NCBI GenBank assembly: GCA_004212155.1
Contig: RXIG01000008.1
Span: forward strand, 31,827-95,826
DNA length: 64,000 nt
Source of the DNA: an archaeon
Lineage (GTDB): Archaea > Methanobacteriota_B > Thermococci > Methanofastidiosales > NM3
Direction: 5' to 3'
The notes below the pieces were generated by a model. It searched no databases. It was not told the DNA's origin and saw nothing but the letters and a program-made list of their open reading frames with translations. Shown here in pieces: positions 8,601 to 18,566 of the stretch. Position 1 is the first letter of the stretch. Every line of letters starts with the position of its first letter. The translations under genes were made by a program, and so were the position numbers.

Positions 8601-11600
8601 GTTTGTGGACGAGTCACGGACGTAGCCCATGATAAGCCCTTCCTCCTTCTCGATGAGGAAGTCGACACCGGATGTGGTGCCTCCGTGCACGATATCCACA
8701 TCATACACAGCTGCAAGAGAGTAGTCCTGCTTCGTGCATGTCACGGTGTATCCAATGTATGGCAGATTGGAGTAGAGGCCGTTGATGTAGTAGGCCCCGT
8801 TGATGTCGGTCGTGACCTGTCGGCCAGCGATGCTCACGGTGGCATTGCGCACGGGCACATCGATCGTGTCATCGTAGACACCGTTGTGATTGACGTCCTC
8901 GTAGACGTGGCCCTTGAGCGCGCCATCCTTCTCGAGCGTGTAGTCGATGTTGTCGGTCTCGTGGCCAGCCGTCACGGGGACGTTGTACTGTATCTGCGAG
9001 ACGTAAAACGGCTTGCTCGCCTGGATGGCGTAGTTTGCTGGGACGACATCAAGCAGGATCCAGAATCCCTCGATGTCGGACCATGTGGCATTGTCGCTGT
9101 TTTGTATCCAGACCTCGGTCTCGGCGTTGATGTCGTTGAGCGAGAGCTCGACATCGCCCGATACCGAGCCTGTCACCGGCAGCGGATCGGCCTTGTCCAT
9201 CGGGTATCCGATATCGGTTGTGACATCGTCGAAGTATACCTCTTCATATACTAGTATATTATTACAGAGGAGGTATGGCTCCGGGTCGGGCGTATGATTC
9301 TTGTAGAGGTCCGGGTCCGGCGCGGGTGGTGACGTGGATTCATACTTCTCGACATCGTAACCGTTGAGCTCTGCTATGCCCGTGTACCTGTTGATCTCTC
9401 GACCAAGGTCGAGCGTGAAGTCCTTCGTTATTGGTACATCGAGTATGGTGTAGTAGCCGGTCGTGTCGGACGTAGCGGCAAACATGCGCGATAACGACAC
9501 GTTGGCGTCGGGCAGGGGGATATCCGTTGGCGGATCGTACGTTAGATTATCATCCTTGTCCTCCCAGACGTACCCCTCGACGCGTCCTGTCTCACGTGTC
9601 GGTGATACGTTCTTGGTCACGGTCGACGATATGGTCACGTAGTTGAACTCGTATTCGTACCATGGGTTTCCATAATCGTCACCATCATACTTTTGCATGA
9701 TGAGTAGATGACGCCCTTTGGGTATGGAGTTATCCTCTAGACCCATTTGATCGGCAAAGGCATAGTTCCCGTAAAAATCACTGTACGTATACCTTAGGGC
9801 ATCGAGAGGACGCCATGAATTTTCATATCCGGGTGTCCAAAGTATGGACTCATCAACTGGGTCGCCGTCCTCGGTCACCCTGCCAACAAGTTCGCCCGTC
9901 AGGCGCTGCATTTCAACGTTATTGTCAGGATTCTCCTCATCAGCGATTACGCCCATCATTGCGGGTGCGACCCACCAGTCGTAATCATCCTTGTAGGCCA
10001 CCATGTTGTGGTCGCCTGCATCGGCCTTTACGAAGTAGAAGCCGAAATCATCTGAGGTCACTGACGGATATCCAGGTATCTCGACGGTAACGCCAGAGAG
10101 TCCCTCTCCTTCTTCGAACGCGTCTGTACCGTTGGTGTCCTCGTATGCGACGCCTGAAACGTAGCCGTAATTGGATACCGTCTCATCAGGGAGTGCGTAG
10201 CTGCCCTGGAAGTTGCATACTGACTGAGCGCCGCTCGAGACGGTAATGCCCGTCCTGACGACCACATCGTGTGTCGTTTCCTCGTAGTCGCCCGCACCGC
10301 CATCATCCGCCACGACGGTGTATGAGCCTACAGGCACCTGCACGAACTCGTAGATGCCGCTGTCATCGGTGATGGCCTCACGGCCGTATGCACGGACGCG
10401 TGCGCCCTCGATCGCGGTGTTGCTTCCGCGGTCGTAGACAACGCCCTTGATGATACCCGTCCTTCGAACGATCGTTATGTCATATGAGTTGTCAAACGAT
10501 TCGTTTGCTGGCAGCGGCGTGACCGTGAGCGTGTTGGTGTAGTAGTCCGGTTCGTTCGTCTTGACGATCACATCGTCAACGTAGTAGCATATCGACGAGG
10601 ATTCGTAGTCGTACACTGAGTAACGCTCGATGTTGATACCCTCAAGCACATACCAGCCATTGACGTCGGTCAGGGAGGAAATGGTGGTATTTGGTATCGA
10701 CACTGAAACGTTTTCTACAGGCAGACCATCCTTGTCAAGGATCTGTCCAACGATGAAGCCTGGGTTCTCCTCGAGCTGGAAGTTGGTCTCCGCGTTGAGA
10801 TTGGGTATCACCTCGACGCGCTCCTTGGCCGTCTTGTGGTCGAGAAGGCCCTCATATTCGCTTTCCTCAAGCTCGCAGTCGATCGGTGGGCACGGGTCGG
10901 TCACGACGACATCATACTCGCCGTTTGGCACTTCCTCGAAGAAGTAGTACCCTGCCCTGTCGGTCGCCGTTGCAAGACCGAGGCCCGGCACCTCGACCGT
11001 TGCGGCCTCGATCGGGTTGCCGTTCACGTCGGTGACGATGCCCGATATGTAGCCGTTGGTCGGTGTGAGCGGTTCTGGTGAGAGGTTGAAGTCGGCTGGA
11101 ACGGGTGTAACGGGTGGACCGGGCTGCACGAACGGACTTAGGGGTCCGCCGTTGAGCCCGAACGCTCCGGAGTCGTCGTAGTAGAGCACATCGGTCTTGT
11201 ACCCGTCCTTCTCACAGATCATCGTGTAGCTGCCAGGTGTGACGCCTGTTATCTTATAATACCCATCTGAATCGGTGATCGCTGAGAGGCCAAGGCCCTT
11301 GATCGACACCTCTGCGCCCTCGATGGGCGCGGAGCCGTTCGAGACATGGCCTTCGATCGAACCGAAGTTCTTGCTTATGGCGAAGTTGATGCCTTCTGTT
11401 GTCTGTCCCCGGTAGACACGTACGGCAGTCTTGACCTGCGAGACATACTGGTCCTTGGAGGTCCTGATGTCATACGTGTCGGTGGGAAGGCCCTTGAACA
11501 CGAAGTTTCCGAACTGGTCGGTGCGCACGACGGCATCATCGCCGAGCACATCGGTCGCGAGCGCATGGGTCACGTGGTCGAGCGCCTCGACCTTGACGCC

Positions 11601-12047
11601 TGCGACAGGCGAGCCGGACGTATCGACGACCCGTCCGTAGATCGAGTCCTTGAGATGCATCTCGACCGTCCCTCCAGCAAGGGCGAGCGTACCGCCGGAG
11701 TTGTCGACGTTGTACGACACGGTCTGGAACCCGTCGGCCTTGAACGTGAGGTAGTGAAGCCCATCCCAGTCCAGGCCGGCAGGAGACCCGGAGAAGACGT
11801 CCGTAAACGATCCGTCCCCCGCCGTGGTCGCACCGGCCGATCCGGCATTATCAAGATAGACGCCGATGCCCTCGAGACCCTCTCCGGAATCGAACTCATC
11901 GTTGCCATTGAAGTCGAACCAAACCGCGTCCGCATCCCCTGTGATAGCGTTTGCGGCCTTGGCCGGTTCGGCATTAATATATACTAAACTTAGAAGTATT
12001 ATGGCTCCTATGAAAAGAGACACGCCCTTTTTCATCTTTTCTTTCAT
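5652..12047 (-). CDS. Giant secreted surface protein (2131 aa) with many carboxypeptidase-regulatory/SdrD-B-like beta-sandwich repeats
   Basis: Signal peptide; repeated ISG.V.D..G.PIEGA.V...TD..G.Y....V..G.Y; DxNxNG-type Ca-binding loops; C-terminal tandem GW..(I/M)..GYWI modules; no TM. Confidence 0.85.
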   Translation of the reverse strand: MKEKMKKGVSLFIGAIILLSLVYINAEPAKAANAITGDADAVWFDFNGNDEFDSGEGLEGIGVYLDNAGSAGATTAGDGSFTDVFSGSPAGLDWDGLHYLTFKADGFQTVSYNVDNSGGTLALAGGTVEMHLKDSIYGRVVDTSGSPVAGVKVEALDHVTHALATDVLGDDAVVRTDQFGNFVFKGLPTDTYDIRTSKDQYVSQVKTAVRVYRGQTTEGINFAISKNFGSIEGHVSNGSAPIEGAEVSIKGLGLSAITDSDGYYKITGVTPGSYTMICEKDGYKTDVLYYDDSGAFGLNGGPLSPFVQPGPPVTPVPADFNLSPEPLTPTNGYISGIVTDVNGNPIEAATVEVPGLGLATATDRAGYYFFEEVPNGEYDVVVTDPCPPIDCELEESEYEGLLDHKTAKERVEVIPNLNAETNFQLEENPGFIVGQILDKDGLPVENVSVSIPNTTISSLTDVNGWYVLEGINIERYSVYDYESSSICYYVDDVIVKTNEPDYYTNTLTVTPLPANESFDNSYDITIVRRTGIIKGVVYDRGSNTAIEGARVRAYGREAITDDSGIYEFVQVPVGSYTVVADDGGAGDYEETTHDVVVRTGITVSSGAQSVCNFQGSYALPDETVSNYGYVSGVAYEDTNGTDAFEEGEGLSGVTVEIPGYPSVTSDDFGFYFVKADAGDHNMVAYKDDYDWWVAPAMMGVIADEENPDNNVEMQRLTGELVGRVTEDGDPVDESILWTPGYENSWRPLDALRYTYSDFYGNYAFADQMGLEDNSIPKGRHLLIMQKYDGDDYGNPWYEYEFNYVTISSTVTKNVSPTRETGRVEGYVWEDKDDNLTYDPPTDIPLPDANVSLSRMFAATSDTTGYYTILDVPITKDFTLDLGREINRYTGIAELNGYDVEKYESTSPPAPDPDLYKNHTPDPEPYLLCNNILVYEEVYFDDVTTDIGYPMDKADPLPVTGSVSGDVELSLNDINAETEVWIQNSDNATWSDIEGFWILLDVVPANYAIQASKPFYVSQIQYNVPVTAGHETDNIDYTLEKDGALKGHVYEDVNHNGVYDDTIDVPVRNATVSIAGRQVTTDINGAYYINGLYSNLPYIGYTVTCTKQDYSLAAVYDVDIVHGGTTSGVDFLIEKEEGLIMGYVRDSSTNDGIEGIEVLAMDDDIPSNEETGVTDSNGWYVLVANRGTYTLQAPMEPNTTDYVTKERYDVVVPGRAIVTEHFALWDETTMPDNNLYGIVWRNNNSDPAYQPGEEVENVEVSIPGLGRTVYSSSSTNNDINGDDYNFVFMDVPNDGGRTYHVTAKEEITGTTPQQYTMTVARDQATNTQVMIELPSTPSTPYDSWIEGIAFWDMNNNGVVDENERIPDMPVYIPGSGVNNDVASAGLKAETDSTGYYIINEVSSQINSSTTKMTIVAGDLADEGIYEPGIQRNLPMVEGSGQWIDFPLYKTTSYTSAYLYGEVYFDADGENDYDVDASVPKTEGIVNASVTADSVSEDTDSFGFYILEGLTADETYLVEVNAAGYESHEEYTTVELGLNTMNYSLNKLTNTISGYVFEDVNGNGVKDAGDKVINAKIIAVKNGVGTFEAFTDDTGFYSVPSLPVGTYTLQCVQIVDGTELPEYQDWQIEDPIVISEGDIIEQDIPMSRYFVNVTGSVDDGSNPVQGADVEWFSPDDFSTPRFTTQTDSSGNWDTSGWEHADLNYDGDNDDNETGVPLGTWFVKFSKTGYDVTTKWVTLDYDDWDSYYITATINESSSTLGIINGTVTQMDGTTPIQGVTVKATNTSTTDEYYASTLGDGTYSVNDLPDATYDLEFSKLGFVTEVVNGVVVNPGDTITQDISLDMSVAGFGDLEVTVTDDSASSYVGALVTIWHFNESTQVYEYFGEAATNGSGIATFTNLPTDGDGETYVACASDNDADMIMDASEFVVEVGDSDTVSLVLEPGTSSDLTFPEAGWYMMSFPVLVPEDVPWPALLYASGIDYSTWDKIAQYNGTDEYYEYYDYPDTSSVKSSTVKYPEHDRGYWIRLNGLAELTVVGEESTTSRSIDITGGQWSLIGYNLLTANNDIATALDASVPGTVNLMWTYLPDEVAGSPTNQAQLYDPRGRFASGFDEFNPWHGYWIYCDDDCTITIS

Positions 12048-12280
12048 CTTTCATTTCCTCCCAATTGACGATGTAGTGCTTGAAAATAGGCAATAATTAG
12101 GAATATGTCTACCATCCATTCCTAGGAACTCGTGCATTGCCATACACCATGGTATAAGTAATCATTTATTGAAACTTTTCCTTTAAATACTTTTTGCAGA
12201 ACATTTCGAGTAAATAATGTAAAATAAGTAAAAGTAAGAAAAGTATGCAAAAGAAGTAGGAACGGACGGGCACGCAGGCC

Positions 12281-13387
12281 TCATTCCTTGCGTTCCACGA
12301 GATAGTGGACGAAGAGCTTGAGCATATCCTTCGCTTCACACTCGGGAAGCACCTTCCTTGCCTCCTCCCATGACGATATGACGAGCGCATCGGCGATCTC
12401 CTTGGCGCTCTCGATCGCACCATGTCGCTCGATGATGCCGATCGCCGCGTCAAGCCTTTCCCTCTCGCGGGTGTGCTGCGAGAGCGTGTCAAGGAGCGTC
12501 TGCGCCTCCTCGGGCGGGGCGCGCTGGAGCGTCTTGATCACGAGCAGCGTGATCTTTCCCTCGGTGATGTCGTTGCCATACGGCTTTCCGAACCGTTCAC
12601 GGTCCTCGCCCTTCGTGACGATATCGAGAATGTCGTCCTGGATCTGGAACGCGACGCCGACCGACTCGGCGAACCGTCCAAGCACGTTCACCGTTTCGTC
12701 ATCGGCCCCCGAGAGTACGGCGGCAAGCTTGGCCGACATGCGCGCAAGCGTGCCGGTCTTGTAGGCGCACATCTGTATGTACTGCTCCTCGGATATGGCG
12801 TCCGCGCTTCGCTCGCCCCGGTGCCAAGAGATGTCAAGCGCCTGTCCCAGGTGCACGTTGATCATCTCGGTGGAGTAGATGTTGTAGGCGCGAACGAGCA
12901 CGTCGTCGGAAAATCCTGCCTTGTTGTTCACGAAGAGGGCAAGCGGGATGAAGTAGAGCGCGTTGCCGGCGTTGATCGCCGTGTCGACGCCAAAGAGGGT
13001 GTGCAGGCTCTCCTTTCCGCGGCGCATCTCGGAGCCGTCCTCGATGTCGTCGATGATGATGGTGCCGTTGTGCACGAGCTCGACGAGCGCGGCATAGTCG
13101 CGCGTCCGGTCCCTGTCGCCGCCAAGGGCGTCAACGATAAGCGTGAAGAGGATGGGGCGCCAGCGCTTGCCGCCGCGGGAGAGGAAGTCCCAGACGGGGC
13201 GGGAGATGCCCATCGTGAGCGATTCGGTATCGTAGCCGTATGCAGGCTTTCCCGAAAGCATGTTGACATAGTCCTCCGTCATCGCACGGGGAAGGGCCTT
13301 TTCGAGTATGAGCTCTATGATCTCCTTTCTAGATTCCAAGAATGACTCAAGGTCGTGGCGTGGCACTGGTCTCACCACTACCCCCAT
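12281..13387 (-). CDS. idsA: Geranylgeranyl diphosphate synthase / polyprenyl synthetase
   Basis: GGKRWRP, first DDIED, RRG, GQALD, KT, FQIQDDILD, DITEGK. Confidence 0.92.
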   Translation of the reverse strand: MGVVVRPVPRHDLESFLESRKEIIELILEKALPRAMTEDYVNMLSGKPAYGYDTESLTMGISRPVWDFLSRGGKRWRPILFTLIVDALGGDRDRTRDYAALVELVHNGTIIIDDIEDGSEMRRGKESLHTLFGVDTAINAGNALYFIPLALFVNNKAGFSDDVLVRAYNIYSTEMINVHLGQALDISWHRGERSADAISEEQYIQMCAYKTGTLARMSAKLAAVLSGADDETVNVLGRFAESVGVAFQIQDDILDIVTKGEDRERFGKPYGNDITEGKITLLVIKTLQRAPPEEAQTLLDTLSQHTRERERLDAAIGIIERHGAIESAKEIADALVISSWEEARKVLPECEAKDMLKLFVHYLVERKE

Positions 13388-13478
13388 CTCACGACGCGCT
13401 TAAATAGTTTGTTTAATGTGGGTCCCGGACGCATGTCGCAATCGACGCCATGGTGAAGACGGTCTCCGTGCCGGCGCC

Positions 13479-14672
13479 TTACTTCCCCTTGCGAGAGAAG
13501 TAGTCGTTTGCCACGCGCTGATAGGCGGTGCGAAACGGCACGCCCTGCCTGACGAGCTCGTACGCCTTCTCGGTTAGGAAGATCTCCTCGGAGAGGCTCG
13601 CCTCGCATGCGGATTCGGACACGGCAAGCGTCGACACGACGCGCCCCATCATCGCAAGCGACGAGCTGACAGTGTCAAGCGATGAGAAGACGACGCCCTT
13701 TGTGAGCTGCACGTCGCGGTGGTAGCCCGAGATGAGATTGTGGGTGACCGTTGCCACCTGCATCTCGTTGCCGAGGATGACCGAGTAGTAGCCGCGTATG
13801 ACCTCGAGCGCGTCGGGATTGGTCTTTTGCGGCATGATCGACGATCCGGTGGTCATCGAGGTGTCGATGACGAAGTAGCCAAGGTCAGGGTGGGAAAACA
13901 GTATGAGGTCGCTTGCGAGCCTGTTGAGGTCATACATCACGCTCGAGAGCCCGGAGAGCATGAGCTTTTCATGCTTAGCCCTGCTGAGCTGCGAGTAGAT
14001 GCCGTTGACATCGATCGAAGGAAGCCCGAGCTCGTCGGCGACGAGTCGGCGGTCGGTGTGGATGGGAAGGCCGTATCCCGCGCCGGTGCCCAGCGGATTG
14101 GAGCGGATGAGGCGCAACACGCCCTCGATCGTGATGACACTGTCGGTAAGGACGCCGATATAACCCTGCGCCCAGTCGCGCACCGTGGTGGGCATGGCCT
14201 TTCTCGTATGGGTGTGTCCAGCAAACGACACGTCCCCGCGCGAATCCGCCACATCCTGGAGCGCGCCAATGAGGTCGAGTATCGAGTCGACGATATGGTG
14301 CAGCTCGTCGATGTAGCAGAGGCGAAGCGCGCAGAGCACCTGGTCGTTTCGCGAGCGGCATGTATGGATCTTTCGTCCCGTGTCGCCGAGGCGCTCCACG
14401 AGGAAGCGCTCGATGGCGCTATGGCAGTCCTCGTCGTCGGGCGAGAGCGAAAACGTCCCTTTGAGCGCCATCTCCCTCAGTTCCACAAGCGCATCGGTAA
14501 GCATGGAGAGCTCATTGTCGTCGATGATGCCTGCCGCATTGAGGCCCTTGGCGTGGGCTATCGATGCGACGCAGTCGTAGGGGAGCAGGCGCTCATCGAG
14601 CTTCGCATCGCCCGCGGCCGCAAATGCGGAGGCCGCCTCGTCGTGGGCAACGTCCTTATCCCATAGCTTCAT
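13479..14672 (-). CDS. argH: Argininosuccinate lyase (short type)
   Basis: KLW, RSRNDQ, GSSIMPQKTNPD, GYHRD; downstream of argG. Confidence 0.93.
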   Translation of the reverse strand: MKLWDKDVAHDEAASAFAAAGDAKLDERLLPYDCVASIAHAKGLNAAGIIDDNELSMLTDALVELREMALKGTFSLSPDDEDCHSAIERFLVERLGDTGRKIHTCRSRNDQVLCALRLCYIDELHHIVDSILDLIGALQDVADSRGDVSFAGHTHTRKAMPTTVRDWAQGYIGVLTDSVITIEGVLRLIRSNPLGTGAGYGLPIHTDRRLVADELGLPSIDVNGIYSQLSRAKHEKLMLSGLSSVMYDLNRLASDLILFSHPDLGYFVIDTSMTTGSSIMPQKTNPDALEVIRGYYSVILGNEMQVATVTHNLISGYHRDVQLTKGVVFSSLDTVSSSLAMMGRVVSTLAVSESACEASLSEEIFLTEKAYELVRQGVPFRTAYQRVANDYFSRKGK

Positions 14673-15883
14673 TTTTTACTACCAGCCTTGAGACGCAATC
14701 CGAATATGCGAATAAAACCCTTTGCATCCGTCTGGTCGTAGCCGCCATGCTCGTCCATGGAGGCGATGCCGTTGTCGTAGCGCGATGAGTCGGAGTGGCG
14801 TCCGATGACGTGTGCCGCGCCCTTGTAGATGGCCAGGTCGACGTGGCCGTTCACTGCCTTCTGGCTGTGGCGCACCGACTGCATGAGGAAGTCGAACTCG
14901 GGCGAGAACCACAGCCCATTGTAGATCAGGCGCCCGATCTCGATGGACATCCACTCCTTGTAGTGCTGCACCTCCTTGTCGAGCGTGAGCGACTCGAGGT
15001 CGCGATGCGCATTGAAGAGTATCGTGCCGCCGGGCGTGACGTAGACGCCGCGCGACTTCATCCCCATGAGGCGGTTTTCCACCATGTCGACGATGCCCAC
15101 ACCGTGCTTCAGGCCGAGCTCGTTGAGATGATCGAACAGCGCGAGCGGTCCCTCGACGCTCGTGCCGGCCTCGATGTCCTCCACCTTCACGGGCGCGCCG
15201 CCCTTGAAGTGAATGCGGATGAGGTCGGGCTCGTCGGGCGCATCGAACGGATGGGTCCCCTTCTTGAACATGTCCTTGTCATACGGTCGTCCGGGGTCCT
15301 CGAGCACGCCGGCCTCGTAGCTCGTATGCAAGAGATTCTCATCGATCGAAAACGGTTTTCTCAGGGAAACGGGTATCGGTATCTCGCACTTTTCCGCATA
15401 GGCGATCATGTCCTTGCGGCCCTTGAACTCGGCAAGCCATTCGGGGTCCTTCCACGGGCTGAGTATCTCGGCCTCCGGCATGAGCGTCATGTAGGCGAGC
15501 TCGAAGCGCGCCTGGTCATTGCCCTTGCCGGTGGCACCGTGGCAAAGCACTCCTGCGCCCTCCTCGCGCGCGATGCGCACGTGCTCCTTGGCGATGATGG
15601 GGCGTGCGACGGCGGTACCGAGGAGATAAACGTTCTCGTAGACGGCATTGGCAGCGATCGCCTCGTAGACGTAGTCGGTGAGAAACTCCTCCTTGAGGTC
15701 GCTCACATAGACCTTTGATGCGCCGCATGCGCGTGCCTTCTCGGCTATCTGGTCGAAGTCGTCGTGCTGGCCCACATCGGCGATGTAGGCGATGACATCA
15801 TAGCCCTTGTCGATGAGCCAGCGCAGGATCACCGACGTGTCAAGACCGCCACTGTAGGCCAAAACCACCTTGTTATAATCCAT
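14669..15883 (-). CDS. argG: Argininosuccinate synthase
   Basis: VVLAYSGGLDTS, HGATGKGNDQ, ENRLMGMKSRGVY. Confidence 0.97.
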   Translation of the reverse strand: MDYNKVVLAYSGGLDTSVILRWLIDKGYDVIAYIADVGQHDDFDQIAEKARACGASKVYVSDLKEEFLTDYVYEAIAANAVYENVYLLGTAVARPIIAKEHVRIAREEGAGVLCHGATGKGNDQARFELAYMTLMPEAEILSPWKDPEWLAEFKGRKDMIAYAEKCEIPIPVSLRKPFSIDENLLHTSYEAGVLEDPGRPYDKDMFKKGTHPFDAPDEPDLIRIHFKGGAPVKVEDIEAGTSVEGPLALFDHLNELGLKHGVGIVDMVENRLMGMKSRGVYVTPGGTILFNAHRDLESLTLDKEVQHYKEWMSIEIGRLIYNGLWFSPEFDFLMQSVRHSQKAVNGHVDLAIYKGAAHVIGRHSDSSRYDNGIASMDEHGGYDQTDAKGFIRIFGLRLKAGSKK

Positions 15884-16041
15884 ATGATCACGTGCGTCGA
15901 CGTAGCAGACACCTCACTTAAAAGTATCGACCAATTTCAAACTGGCACGCAGGATAAGACGGCCATTTTTGACATTTCGATATCAAACGCACGTGTCCTT
16001 ATAATAACATTTTTATATGATATGATACGAGAAGCCACCAT

Positions 16042-16677
16042 ATGAAGACAACGGCGGAGATCACGAAGGAGTACATCGACACGCACCCGTCGATAAAGGA
16101 CTGCATCAGCAACAACCTTATCAACTACTCGAAGCTTGCCGAGAAGATCGCGCGGGAAAAGGACATCCAGAAGAAGACGAGCAAGGACGCGATCATCGTG
16201 GCCAGCAGGCGCTACTTCGAGCAGCTCAGGCCAAAACGGTCACACGAGGAGGTCATCATGGACATCCTCTCAAAGAGCGAGCTTGAGATAAAGAACAAGA
16301 TCATCGTTTTCATCGTGAAAAAGACCGTTCATCCGCGAACGCTCATATCGCTCGAGGACAAGATCAAGAAGGAGCAGGACATCTACTACAGCATCGAGGG
16401 CTCCACCGCCATCACGCTCATCACGACGGAAAAGCACCGTCAGCTGCTCAGGGACGCGCTGGGCGACGACGCCTTCAAGTCGTCAGAGGACCTGGCGATG
16501 ATCACGATAAAGAGCCCGCCTGAGCTCGAGACGACGCCGGGCGTCATCGCACACCTCTACTCGCTCTTCGGCGAGCACGGCATCAACATATGCGAGACCA
16601 TGAGCTGCTGGACAAACACGATCTTCATCATCAACGAGGCCGACATCGCCCGTGCGATGCAGTTCCTCAACTTCTAG
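16042..16677 (+). CDS. Archaeal HTH-like + ACT-domain regulator
   Basis: HPSIKDCI...INYSKLA N-terminus; C-terminal ACT (TPGVIAHLYSLFGEHGINI.E.MSC); divergent from argG. Confidence 0.75.
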   Translation: MKTTAEITKEYIDTHPSIKDCISNNLINYSKLAEKIAREKDIQKKTSKDAIIVASRRYFEQLRPKRSHEEVIMDILSKSELEIKNKIIVFIVKKTVHPRTLISLEDKIKKEQDIYYSIEGSTAITLITTEKHRQLLRDALGDDAFKSSEDLAMITIKSPPELETTPGVIAHLYSLFGEHGINICETMSCWTNTIFIINEADIARAMQFLNF

Positions 16678-16686
16678 GTGGACACC

Positions 16687-17451
16687 ATGATACTCATCAA
16701 GGCAGGCGGGTCGGCGATCACGGACAAGAAGGTGCCCTTCTCGATTAAGGATGAGGCGCTCGCCGAGCTTGCGGCCGCGCTTCGCGACACGGAAGAAGAC
16801 GTCGTGCTCTGCCACGGGGGCGGTTCGTTCGGACACCCGCTGGCCGCACGCTACGATGTGTGCGGCGCCATCACGTCAAAGACGCAGCGCGAGGGCGTCG
16901 CCCGCATCAACGTCGCCATGCGCACGCTCTCAAACAGGGTCTGCGAGGCGCTCAACGAGGGGGGCGTCAACGCGTTCGCGCTCCAGACAAGCGCGGTGAT
17001 GACCACGCGCGAGGGCATCATCGACTGGAGCAACGACGACCTGATACGCCAGACCGTGCAGAAGGGATTCGTGCCGGTGCTCTACGGCGACGCCGTCCAT
17101 GATGCGGCGCTTTCGTTTTCCATCCTCTCGGGCGACCAGATCATGCTCCATCTCGCACGCACATTTCCCGGAAGCAGGGCGATCTTCCTAACCGACGTCG
17201 GAGGCATCTACACCACCGACCCGAAAGAGGATGCTGATGCGCAACGCATCGACCACGTGACGTTCGGACGCCTGCCCTTCATCGAGGCGGGCGGGTCGGG
17301 CGACGTTACCGGCGGCATGCGGGGCAAGCTCAATGAGATAGCGAGATTTGGGGACGCCGTCGAGATGGTCGACATCATCGGGCTCGGCGAGCCGGGCGCG
17401 CTGGCGCGCACGCTCAGGGGCGAGCATGTGGGCACGCGCATCACGCGATGA
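16687..17451 (+). CDS. ipk: Isopentenyl phosphate kinase
   Basis: KAGGSAITDK, HGGGSFGH, PVLYGD, SGD, DVTGGMRGK. Confidence 0.92.
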   Translation: MILIKAGGSAITDKKVPFSIKDEALAELAAALRDTEEDVVLCHGGGSFGHPLAARYDVCGAITSKTQREGVARINVAMRTLSNRVCEALNEGGVNAFALQTSAVMTTREGIIDWSNDDLIRQTVQKGFVPVLYGDAVHDAALSFSILSGDQIMLHLARTFPGSRAIFLTDVGGIYTTDPKEDADAQRIDHVTFGRLPFIEAGGSGDVTGGMRGKLNEIARFGDAVEMVDIIGLGEPGALARTLRGEHVGTRITR

Positions 17452-18388
17452 GGCGGATGAGGGCGTACGAGACCGCGCCCGACAAGAACGGCGTCGCTAT
17501 CCAACTGCCCACGATGCGCATGATAAAGCGCCTGTTGACCGATGTCGTGCCTTTCGTCAATCCCACCCCTACCACGCTTCCTACCGTCGCCTGGCTCAGC
17601 GAGACGGGGATGCCTATGAGCGTGCAGGCAAAGACGGTAAACGATGACGAGAACTGGCACACGAACGCCTGCAGGGGGTCGAGCTGCGTTATCCCCTTCC
17701 CGATGGTAAGTATGACGCGCTTTGAGAAGAGGAGCGCACCGATCGCGATGAACAGCGCACCGAGCACGATGGCGCTCTCGGCGTTCATGACATCCTGGGC
17801 CACGAGCGTTCCCACGGCGTTGCCGATGTTGTTTGAGCCGAGCGAGAACGAAACGAGGATGCCAGACCCCGCAACGAGTAGCGCAATGAAGCGCTCGTAA
17901 GTATACGCCCTTTGTTTGAAGAGGCGTGAGAACACGCCCCTGTAGAAGAAAAACGACAGAAACGACATGGCGGCTGAGAAGAAAGGAAGCAGCGTCCAGA
18001 CGACGGCGATGTCAAAGAGCACCGACGAGTTGAGGGCAAGGCCTGTTGCAAGCCCCGTTCCCGCCAGGGCGCCCACCACCGACTGCGTTGCCGAGACGGG
18101 AAAGCTCAGATACGTTGCTATCGCAACGGCGCTTGCGGCGCACGTGAGTGCGACAGAGAGCGTCAGGAGCTCAAGCGAGGACGTGTCAAGGAGCCCCCTT
18201 CCCACCGTGTCGATCGTGTTGCTTCCCGCAAGGAGCGCACCGGCGACGACGGAGACGCCAGCTAGCGCCGTCGCCTTGCGGTACGAGAGGATGTTGGCCC
18301 CCACCGTCGTACCGATGGCGTTGGCTATGTCGTTTGCCCCGATCGTTGCTGCGATGAACATGCTTGCAGCTATCAACGCCAGTTCCAT
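17441..18388 (-). CDS. Inorganic phosphate transporter, PiT family
   Basis: GANDIANAIG, PVSATQ, GSNNIGNAVG, PVSLSQ. Confidence 0.9.
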   Translation of the reverse strand: MELALIAASMFIAATIGANDIANAIGTTVGANILSYRKATALAGVSVVAGALLAGSNTIDTVGRGLLDTSSLELLTLSVALTCAASAVAIATYLSFPVSATQSVVGALAGTGLATGLALNSSVLFDIAVVWTLLPFFSAAMSFLSFFFYRGVFSRLFKQRAYTYERFIALLVAGSGILVSFSLGSNNIGNAVGTLVAQDVMNAESAIVLGALFIAIGALLFSKRVILTIGKGITQLDPLQAFVCQFSSSFTVFACTLIGIPVSLSQATVGSVVGVGLTKGTTSVNRRFIMRIVGSWIATPFLSGAVSYALIRLIA

Positions 18389-18566
18389 GGAGATCCCGTC
18401 CTTACCTACAATGGCGGACAGATACATAAATATTGTGAGCGCTTTGCCATACTTCGCCGCGCATATGAGAGAGGTCGGGGCGAGAACGCATGTGTCGACA
18501 CCCCACGGGAAAAACAAATACAAATATATATAAACATGCCGCGCAAGACATTTCTTGGTGATTATA

